NCBI GenBank assembly: GCA_019638085.1
Contig: JAHBUL010000010.1
Location: 15,656 to 79,655 of the forward strand
Direction of reading: 5' to 3'
Origin: Flavobacteriales bacterium
Lineage (GTDB): Bacteria > Bacteroidota > Bacteroidia > Flavobacteriales_F > PHOS-HE28
Length of the DNA stretch: 64,000 bases
The notes beneath the pieces were generated by a model. That model searched no databases, was not told the origin of the DNA, and saw nothing but the letters and a program-made list of their open reading frames with translations. This document shows, piece by piece, positions 39,370 to 47,002 of this stretch; positions within the stretch are counted from its first letter, which is position 1; every line of letters starts with the position of its first letter. Position numbers and translations under genes: made by a program.

Positions 39370-40842
39370 TGACCATTGCGCCGTGTGGTCGAGCATATCG
39401 AATTCGGCCCAATTGCGATCCGTTGGTCCAATAACCACCAAGTATTCCGCACCTTGACTTATAAGTGAGTCCAAAGGAGGAATGCGACCGGTTCTCTTGT
39501 CATAGGTCCAGCCCTTCCTGTTTAAAAACAACAGTGAACCATTCGGGGTTGGATCCCCTAGAACGATAAAGCGGGACGAGTCCGGAATAGCGTTCTCGCG
39601 TAATACGGTGGCTATGTTGCCTTCCAAGGAGATGGAGGTCAAATGCGGGTCACTTCGATCTGCATATCTACGTTCAAGATTCAGTTTTCCCAGTAGAAGT
39701 CCCATGACCGCCAAGGCGACCATCGCTATTGCAAGTACCCGTGTCATTCGGATCGAGGGGAACCGGTCACGAAGTGCACTCAAGCCCGCGAGGGTAAGGA
39801 ACACCAGTAGCGGTGCTAGGGTCAGGAAGTAGTAATCATGATCAGCGAATTTTCGGAAGAAGAGGGCGATATATGCTATTGCTGCAATAAGCAGGAATGA
39901 AAGCATCAGTCGGATGGTTCCAGGTATCCTTCTGAAGAGGAGAAGAGCAGTGATGAATACCAAAGTCATGATGTGCCAACTTGTTGGGTGGTGATACTTC
40001 GTCCACCAGTATTCTGTCACCAGAATAGTTGTGCTTTTCACTTCCACTCCGGACATTTCCCATATCGGCTCTGCCCAAGTCATGAAGTAATGCGTTTGAT
40101 TTGCAGCGTTATACCAGATGGCGTAGATGTTCCATGCGGCAATAAGTGCAACTCCTGTAAAAATGGCCAACAGCTTCTTCCATCGTGCGATCCCATCAAT
40201 GAAAAGCACCATTCCGGCATAGGCTAAAAGATACATGGTAACTGGAGCCTTCAGTAGTCCGGCGAGAACAAGGAGCATTACACCAACTCGCTCAAGTATT
40301 GTACGCCCCCCCTCACTTCTGGCTTCCACGACCAAACAAGTCCCAGCTAACACGCAGCCATAGGCTGGGGCATCGGGTAAGTAGTTCGCGGCGTAATAGA
40401 TTACAACGCTTGATGAGAACATCCACAAGCTGAAACCGATACCGGCAAGGATCGAACCCAGCCATCGGGATGCTAGGCGGGCCAAAAGAACATGCCCGGC
40501 CAGAACGATGGCCAAGTCAACGGACCGAATGGCAGTGTATGACAATCCAAATCCGCTTCTAAGGAGAGCAAGTAAATAATATAGGATCGGGAATTCGGCG
40601 GCAGCTTTTCCGTCTACTGGTGCATTCCGTAGATCAAATACTGCCGGGGTGAAGAAGTTCCATGTTCCATGAACATAGTTCATCATGAATGAAATGGAGT
40701 CCGTTTGCCGGATGAAGTGGATTCCTTGAGGGCCGCTGAATAAAATGTTGGGGAGATAGAGCCATGCGACCACACCGATAAATGTCAGTAGTGTAGCAGA
40801 ATACACCAGCCATCGCGGCGATCGAGAGGGGGAGTGTGGCAT
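39340..40842 (-). CDS. GT-C fold (ArnT/PMT-like) integral membrane glycosyltransferase
   Basis: H.IRQTD, AEFPILYY, NYLPD, HDYY motifs and many TMs; lower GC; start uncertain (up to 40896). Confidence 0.7.
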   Translation of the reverse strand: MPHSPSRSPRWLVYSATLLTFIGVVAWLYLPNILFSGPQGIHFIRQTDSISFMMNYVHGTWNFFTPAVFDLRNAPVDGKAAAEFPILYYLLALLRSGFGLSYTAIRSVDLAIVLAGHVLLARLASRWLGSILAGIGFSLWMFSSSVVIYYAANYLPDAPAYGCVLAGTCLVVEARSEGGRTILERVGVMLLVLAGLLKAPVTMYLLAYAGMVLFIDGIARWKKLLAIFTGVALIAAWNIYAIWYNAANQTHYFMTWAEPIWEMSGVEVKSTTILVTEYWWTKYHHPTSWHIMTLVFITALLLFRRIPGTIRLMLSFLLIAAIAYIALFFRKFADHDYYFLTLAPLLVFLTLAGLSALRDRFPSIRMTRVLAIAMVALAVMGLLLGKLNLERRYADRSDPHLTSISLEGNIATVLRENAIPDSSRFIVLGDPTPNGSLLFLNRKGWTYDKRTGRIPPLDSLISQGAEYLVVIGPTDRNWAEFDMLDHTAQWSLFRLNDEFR

Positions 40843-40998
40843 GGTTCGCTGCGAATATCGTCGTTCAGGGATCGGTTTTGTACAGGTCTGCTCCAACCAT
40901 GGCAGATTGTCAGATCGGTAATCCCGAATAACTTGACCCGCAAATCTCGGTTGATCTCACATTGCTTGTAACAACCAGATTTGGATACGGGAGCCATT

Positions 40999-41709
40999 AT
41001 GCCAACTGAAGCCACCATCATAAAGGGGCTCCTCGCGATCCATGTCGCTGCGGGAAGTATCGCCCTCGTTGTGGCCCCTCTGGCCATGGTGGTGCAGAAG
41101 GGAGGTGATTGGCACCGGCGCTGGGGCAAGACCTTTTTCTATGGAATGATCGCGGTGTGCGCCACCGCTATCACATTGGGCATTCTTCATCCCAAGAACT
41201 TCTGGTTGGCGTTGGTGGCGGTGTTCAGCCTGTACATGGTCGCCTCGGGCTATCGCTCACTGTACTTGAAGCAAATGCACAGAGGCCTCCGACCAGCGCG
41301 CGTGGACATAACACTGCACGGTATTGCAGGCGTAGTGAACGGTGGGCTATTGATCTGGGGCTTGGCCCATCTCATCCTCGGGAGCTTCAACACACAGGCT
41401 GTGCTGTTCACGGTGTTCGGACTCATCGGCACCCTCATGGTGCTCAACGGTTTCCTGAAATTCTACCGACGGCGGCACGATAAGCGGGAATGGCTCTATG
41501 GCCACATGGGAGGCTTCCTCGGTGGGTATATCGCCACGGTATCGGCCTTCAGTGCCGTGAATCTCACCATGGTGGAACCCGTATGGCTACAGTGGCTCTG
41601 GCCCACCATCATCGGCGTACCGCTGATCTTCTTCTGGATCTGGCGACTGCGGAAGCGTTTCGCAAATGGTGAGCGCCTGCGGAGCTTCGCCGATGTGCGG
41701 ATCAAGTGA
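40999..41709 (+). CDS. DUF2306-like membrane protein
   Basis: IHVAAG...KGG..HR.WG, WL..H....GGYIA..SAF. Confidence 0.75.
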   Translation: MPTEATIIKGLLAIHVAAGSIALVVAPLAMVVQKGGDWHRRWGKTFFYGMIAVCATAITLGILHPKNFWLALVAVFSLYMVASGYRSLYLKQMHRGLRPARVDITLHGIAGVVNGGLLIWGLAHLILGSFNTQAVLFTVFGLIGTLMVLNGFLKFYRRRHDKREWLYGHMGGFLGGYIATVSAFSAVNLTMVEPVWLQWLWPTIIGVPLIFFWIWRLRKRFANGERLRSFADVRIK

Positions 41710-41715
41710 GGCTTT

Positions 41716-41742
41716 CACCACAAAGGCACAGAGGACACAAAG
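41716..41742 (+). repeat. Nonamer-type REP half-site directly after a stop codon
   Basis: tcaccacaaaggcacagaggacacaaag; related to accgcaaaggcgcaa at 14445. Confidence 0.5.
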
Positions 41743-41877
41743 GTGTTTTGAGGTGGATGCCATCGTTTTGGTTGCTGGGTACTGGAACATCGGGTTGCTG
41801 AGCAGCGTGATTCCCGCATTTCTCCGTCTCCTCCATATCTGTAGTGTACCGATGAAGGCACTTACTTTGTAGCCTGC

Positions 41878-42735
41878 ATGCAACAGTCGGTATTCTCCGT
41901 GGACGTTGAGGAGTGGTTCCATATCCTCGACGTGCCTTCAACACCCGCTTTGGCGGAATGGCCGGCACTGCCCTCACGGGTGGAGGCGAGCTTCCGTTCC
42001 ATGCTGGAGGTTTTTTCAGAAAAGAAGGTGCGCACCACCTTGTTCTTTCTGGCCTGGGTGGTGGAGCGCTACCCGCACTTGGTGCGCGAAGCCGTGGAAG
42101 GCGGGCACGAGATCGCATCGCACGGCTATGCCCACGAGCTGGTCTACCGTCAGGACCGAGCCACCTTCTCAGCGGACATCACCAAGGCGAAGGACATCAT
42201 TGAACAGGCGGCAGGAGTGGCGGTGAAAGGGTATCGTGCGCCCGGCTTTTCCGTCACCAGCGAAACGCCGTGGTTCTTCGATGCCGTGGCCGAAGCAGGA
42301 TACGCCTACGATAGTTCCGTGTTTCCCGGTGAGCGTGGCCATGGGGGACTGCCCGGTGCCTTGGCCGTACCGCATGTGGTTCCCACAGCGTATGGTGATC
42401 TAGTGGAATTCCCTGTTTCATTGTCTTCCATGCTCGGGCGGCCGATGTACTTTTTCGGAGGTGGTTACCTGCGTTTCTTTCCGTACAGCCTCATGCTTTC
42501 CAAGGCGAAGGATGTGTTGAAGGAAGGGCGTCCGGTGGTGTTCTATCTGCATCCACGAGAGGTGGACCCGGAACATCCGCGATTGCCGATGAGCGCGAAG
42601 CGCAATTTCATGACCTATCACAACCTGCGGAGCACCATGCCCAAGATGCGCAGGCTCTTCGACGACCTGCCGATGACCACTTTTGGAGAGCTGATGGAAA
42701 AGGGGAGTGGTGCATTCCCGAAGGCTGGCCGATGA
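41878..42735 (+). CDS. Polysaccharide deacetylase (CE4, DUF3473 C-terminus)
   Basis: SVDVEEWF, HEIASHGYAH, GYRAPGFS, YDSS, GGGYLR, YLHPRE.D. Confidence 0.92.
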   Translation: MQQSVFSVDVEEWFHILDVPSTPALAEWPALPSRVEASFRSMLEVFSEKKVRTTLFFLAWVVERYPHLVREAVEGGHEIASHGYAHELVYRQDRATFSADITKAKDIIEQAAGVAVKGYRAPGFSVTSETPWFFDAVAEAGYAYDSSVFPGERGHGGLPGALAVPHVVPTAYGDLVEFPVSLSSMLGRPMYFFGGGYLRFFPYSLMLSKAKDVLKEGRPVVFYLHPREVDPEHPRLPMSAKRNFMTYHNLRSTMPKMRRLFDDLPMTTFGELMEKGSGAFPKAGR

Positions 42736-43802
42736 AGAAGGTGCTCTTTCTCTACACGGAAACGGCGCCCTATTTCCTGGCGAGCGTAGCGCGTTTGGTA
42801 AAGGACCACGGCGTGGAAGCGCACATCATACGCTGGCCGGTGAACAAGGAAGCACCCTTCGAGACCAAGAGCGTGGAAGGGATCACCATCCATGATCGAG
42901 AGGGATTCAACGAGACCTCATTGCGGCGTTTCGCGAACAACCTCAAGCCGGACATCATCCTCACCAGCGGTTGGGTGGACAAGGGATACTTGCAGGTCTG
43001 CCGCGATGCCCACAAGCGCGGCGTACCCACGGTGATGTGCAGTGACACGGCCTGGCGAGGCGGCCTCAAGCAATGGGCGGCCGTAGGGGCCGCTCGCTTC
43101 TGGCTTCACCGCACCTTCAGCCATGCATGGGTCACCGGCGAGGCACAAGCGCTCTATGCCGAATACCTCGGCTTCTCGCGGGACCGCATCAGGCGTGGCT
43201 TCTATGCCGCCGATCTCGATCGTTTCGCACCCTTGGCCAAGCGGTTCGAGGAAGGGAAGGCCGCGAAATTCCCGCACCGCTTCCTGTGCATGGCGCGCTA
43301 CATTCCCAGCAAGGGCCACCAATACATGGTGGAGGCCTTCGCCGAGCTATGCGATGCGGGCGAGGCGAAGGACTGGGAACTGTGGTGCATCGGTACAGGT
43401 GAGTTGCATCCCATGGCGCATGAGCATCCCCGGATCAAGCATCTGGGTTTTGTGCAAGCGGATGAAGTGTGGAAGTACATGGAGCAGAGCGGGGTCTTCA
43501 TCCTTCCGAGCCTGTATGAGCCTTGGGGCGTAGTGGTACACGAGCATGCGGCGGCAGGTTTTCCGCTCATGCTCAGCGATGCCGTGGGCGCACGTCACCG
43601 GTTCCTGAAGGATGGCCACAATGGGCAATGCTTCGTTGCCGGCAACAAGGAAAGCCTGAAGAAGGCCTTTCGCGAAGTGATCGCCACGCCGGATGCCGAA
43701 CTGGTGGCCATGGGACTGAGAAGTGCGGAACTGGCCACCGATTGGGGGCCGAAGGAATGGGCCGGCACATTGATGGAATTGATCGATGAGCGCCATGGCT
43801 AA
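42732..43802 (+). CDS. Glycosyltransferase family 4
   Basis: RY...KG, LPSLYEPWGVVVHE.AAAG.P. Confidence 0.9.
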   Translation: MKKVLFLYTETAPYFLASVARLVKDHGVEAHIIRWPVNKEAPFETKSVEGITIHDREGFNETSLRRFANNLKPDIILTSGWVDKGYLQVCRDAHKRGVPTVMCSDTAWRGGLKQWAAVGAARFWLHRTFSHAWVTGEAQALYAEYLGFSRDRIRRGFYAADLDRFAPLAKRFEEGKAAKFPHRFLCMARYIPSKGHQYMVEAFAELCDAGEAKDWELWCIGTGELHPMAHEHPRIKHLGFVQADEVWKYMEQSGVFILPSLYEPWGVVVHEHAAAGFPLMLSDAVGARHRFLKDGHNGQCFVAGNKESLKKAFREVIATPDAELVAMGLRSAELATDWGPKEWAGTLMELIDERHG

Positions 43803-44934
43803 GCCGCGGGTGCTGGTCTTCATCGACTGGTACCTGCCGGGCTATAGGGCGGGCGGACCCGTGCGGAGCGTGGCCAATCTGGTGGATCACCTCCGTGATC
43901 GCATTGACTTTCACATCATCACGCGCAACACGGACTACACGGAAAGCACGCCCTACCCGGGTGTTCAGCCGGACCAATGGACGCACTTGCCCGGTGGTGA
44001 AAAAGTATGGTACGCTTCTGAGGCAGGTACTTCACGCAAGGTCTGGAAGCGCATTATGAAGGAGGAGAAGTGGGACGCGATGTACGTGAACGGGCTTTAT
44101 TCCTGGTGGTACAACATCCTGCCCTTGTGGCTTTCCCGGCGGATGCCGATGCGACGTGTGGTGGCTGTTCGCGGCATGCTGGCCAGCGGCGCCCTGCAAC
44201 ACGGGTCGCTGAAGAAGCTGTTGTTCCTCTCGCTGGCGCGGATGGTGGACCTGTACAAGGGTGTTCGCTTCCAAGCCACCAATGAGGAAGAAGCACGCGA
44301 TGTGCGGATGCACGTTCTGAAATATGCAGAGGTGCAAGTGGTGCCGAACCTCTCGCGCAAGCTGGCGGGCGTGCATGTTCCAATAGCGAAGCAACCCGGT
44401 GCGGTGAAACTGGTGAGCGTGGCGCGGATCGCCGTGGAGAAGAACACGTTGCTCGCCCTGGAAAGCCTCCGGAACGTGAAGGGAGCAGTGCAGTTCAACC
44501 TGTACGGTCCCGTGTATGATGAAGCGTATTGGGAGAAATGCCAAGCGGCGATCGCCGCCTTACCGACCCCTGTGAAGGTTGAGCACAAGGGAACCGTTCC
44601 ACCGGAGGAAGTACCGGAGATCCTGGCGGAACATCATGCGCTCTTCATGCCCAGTGCCGGAGAGAATTTCGGGCACACCATGCTCGAAGCACTTTCCGCA
44701 GGGCGGCCCTTGCTCATCAGCGACCGCACGCCATGGCGCGAGCTGGAGCAGGACAACGCGGGCTGGGACCTGCCGCTGGACCGGCCGGCGGGATTTACCG
44801 TGGCGGTGGAGCGGCTTTCCGGAATGGATCAGGCGGAGTTCGATCGGTGGTCAAAGGGCGCATACGAAAGAGGAATGCGCTACTTGGGCGATCCTGCTCC
44901 GATGGAGGCTAGCCTGAAGATGTTCTTGGCTTGA
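43795..44934 (+). CDS. Glycosyltransferase family 4
   Basis: YLPG.RAGGP, ARI..EKN, PSAGENFGH..LEAL.AG.P. Confidence 0.9.
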   Translation: MAKPRVLVFIDWYLPGYRAGGPVRSVANLVDHLRDRIDFHIITRNTDYTESTPYPGVQPDQWTHLPGGEKVWYASEAGTSRKVWKRIMKEEKWDAMYVNGLYSWWYNILPLWLSRRMPMRRVVAVRGMLASGALQHGSLKKLLFLSLARMVDLYKGVRFQATNEEEARDVRMHVLKYAEVQVVPNLSRKLAGVHVPIAKQPGAVKLVSVARIAVEKNTLLALESLRNVKGAVQFNLYGPVYDEAYWEKCQAAIAALPTPVKVEHKGTVPPEEVPEILAEHHALFMPSAGENFGHTMLEALSAGRPLLISDRTPWRELEQDNAGWDLPLDRPAGFTVAVERLSGMDQAEFDRWSKGAYERGMRYLGDPAPMEASLKMFLA

Positions 44935-44955
44935 AGAGGGTGAATGATCTCGACA

Positions 44956-44963
44956 TATCTTTG
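44956..44963 (+). promoter_or_regulatory. Internal -7 box (TATCTTTG) for the toxin-antitoxin pair
   Basis: Exact TAnnTTTG match 24 nt before ATG 44988. Confidence 0.65.
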
Positions 44964-44987
44964 GAGGAACTGGAAAATGTCGCAAAC

Positions 44988-45158
44988 ATGGTCGTCAAAC
45001 TAAAGCGGTCGGGCCAAAAAGGGCAGTTGGACGCTGCTCTGAAAAGCTTGGCCAAGCGAAGGCGCAGGGGGGCGAAGATCTTGCGCTTCGTAGGCAAGGT
45101 CGCTTTCGAAGGCGACCCCGTCACTGTTCAAAAGGAAATGCGCCGTGAACATCGATAA
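44988..45158 (+). CDS. Small basic putative antitoxin (VapB role)
   Basis: 56 aa from MVVKLKRSG...; C-terminal G.V...DP...QK.MR.E; overlaps the PIN toxin start. Confidence 0.65.
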   Translation: MVVKLKRSGQKGQLDAALKSLAKRRRRGAKILRFVGKVAFEGDPVTVQKEMRREHR

Positions 45159-45519
45159 CCTGCTGCTCGATACTAACATTGTCGTGCATGTTCTTCAAGG
45201 GAACCTCGCCTTAGCGAAAGAGTTGGAAGGGAAACGTTTACTTATCTCTGTTGTTAGCCGAATAGAATTGTTCAGTTGGCCCGGTGAGACGAAAGGGCGG
45301 GATGAATGGCTACTGCAATTTCTGGAGGAATGCCAATTGGTGGAACTGGATCGGGGTATTCAGGACCGGGCAATTGAATTGAGGAAGAAGTTTAAGCTCG
45401 CCTTGGCAGATGCTGTGATCGCAGCCACTGCCTTGCACTTGGACGTAACCCTCTTGACCGCAGACAAGGGCTTTAAAAAATTGGAGTCCGACCTCAGGGT
45501 CGTCATCATTCAGCCTTGA
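45145..45519 (+). CDS. vapC: PIN-domain ribonuclease toxin
   Basis: LLDTN, S.V..IEL, L.LADAVIAATA, LLTADK.F acidic tetrad. Confidence 0.92.
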   Translation: MNIDNLLLDTNIVVHVLQGNLALAKELEGKRLLISVVSRIELFSWPGETKGRDEWLLQFLEECQLVELDRGIQDRAIELRKKFKLALADAVIAATALHLDVTLLTADKGFKKLESDLRVVIIQP

Positions 45520-45521
45520 GC

Positions 45522-46157
45522 ATGCGAGAGGAAAAACCACGCGTCGACCTCAGCCGTTTCGATAACTCGGACTTCCCATTGGGCGCCGGGCTGATCAAGC
45601 GCACCTTGTGGTATTTCGTGAATGCGCTCTTCTTCATCAATCCGCTCTTTCCATTCCGATCGCCCAAGCCATTGCTGCTGCGGCTTTTCGGTGCCAAGGT
45701 GGGTAAGGGCGTGGTGATCCATCCGGGAGTGAACATCAAGTTCCCGTGGAAGCTTTCCATCGGTGATCATGTGTGGATCGGCCAGCGCGCATGGTTGGAC
45801 AACATCGACCAGCTCACCATTCACAACAACGTGGTGATCAGCCAAGGGGCCATGTTGATCCTCGGCAGCCATGATTACAAGAAGCTGAATTATCCTACCC
45901 TTGCTGGTCCCGTGGTGCTTGAGGAAGGCAGTTGGGTGGGTGCCGGGGCCTTGGTGTTGGGAGGTGTTACCATGAAGAGTCATTCGCTCCTGGCCGCTGG
46001 TAGCGTGACCGGAAAGGCCTTAAGGGCCTACACCATCTACCGCGGGAATCCTGCAGTACCTGTGCGTGATCGTGTGATGGAGGGCGAATCCCCACATGTT
46101 CCGGACATCGCTGAAGAGGAAGACCGCCTGCGCAATGCTGCTGCGGAAGGAACATGA
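45522..46157 (+). CDS. wcaF: WcaF-family polysaccharide O-acetyltransferase (hexapeptide repeat)
   Basis: LLRLFGAKVG, IKFPWKL.IGD..WIG, SQGA....GSHDY, GNPA. Confidence 0.88.
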   Translation: MREEKPRVDLSRFDNSDFPLGAGLIKRTLWYFVNALFFINPLFPFRSPKPLLLRLFGAKVGKGVVIHPGVNIKFPWKLSIGDHVWIGQRAWLDNIDQLTIHNNVVISQGAMLILGSHDYKKLNYPTLAGPVVLEEGSWVGAGALVLGGVTMKSHSLLAAGSVTGKALRAYTIYRGNPAVPVRDRVMEGESPHVPDIAEEEDRLRNAAAEGT

Positions 46158-46918
46158 AGGTATCGGTCATCACGATCTGTTACAACGCTGCTTCGGAGAT
46201 CGATGAGACCATCCGCAGCGTGATGGTGCAGGACCATGCGGACATCGAGCACATCGTGATCGACGGAGGAAGCACGGACGGTACACAGGAACGGATAGAG
46301 CGCTACGCGGAGTGCATCGCACAATTCGTGAGCGAAAAGGACAAGGGTGTGTATGATGCGATGAACAAAGGCCTTCGGCTCGCCACAGGCGAAGTGGTGG
46401 CTTTTGTGAACGCCGGTGATATGATGGCCACGCGCAATACGGTGAGCTATATGGTGCACGCTTTCACGGAGCAGGATGCGGATGCGATCTATGGTGATGC
46501 CCTGATGGTGGACCCGGACGACATCACCAAGGTGAAGCGGTTCTGGAAAGGCGGTGAGTACGTTCGGGCGAATTTTCGAAAAGGCTGGATGCCGCCACAT
46601 TTGGGCACCTACATCCGCAAAAGCGCATACGACCGCTTCGGCCTGTTCAACACGGAACTGAAGGTGAGCGCGGACTACGAACTGATGTTCCGTTTCCTGT
46701 ACAAGCACAGGCTGCACGCCCGGTATGTCCCGAAGGTGCTGGTGCGATTCCGGCTGGGTGGGGTGAGCAACCGCTCGTTAGGCCACATCTGGCGGGCGAA
46801 CAAGGAAGTGTACCAAGCGTGGAAACTGAACGGGGAGCCAGTGTCGCCACTGATCATGCTGCGTAAGCCGTTGCGAAAACTCGGGCAGATGCTCAGGCGC
46901 GGCCCGGAGGAAATGTGA
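46154..46918 (+). CDS. Glycosyltransferase family 2
   Basis: VSVITI.YN, IDGGSTDGT, SEKDKGVYDAMNKG, ADYE. Confidence 0.92.
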   Translation: MKVSVITICYNAASEIDETIRSVMVQDHADIEHIVIDGGSTDGTQERIERYAECIAQFVSEKDKGVYDAMNKGLRLATGEVVAFVNAGDMMATRNTVSYMVHAFTEQDADAIYGDALMVDPDDITKVKRFWKGGEYVRANFRKGWMPPHLGTYIRKSAYDRFGLFNTELKVSADYELMFRFLYKHRLHARYVPKVLVRFRLGGVSNRSLGHIWRANKEVYQAWKLNGEPVSPLIMLRKPLRKLGQMLRRGPEEM

Positions 46919-47002
46919 TGAGCGGTCCCCGCCACTTGTACCGTACGAGTACATTTATCGCGCTGCCTTCATGGTGAGGGCACATTCCACTCATCCCTTG
47001 CA

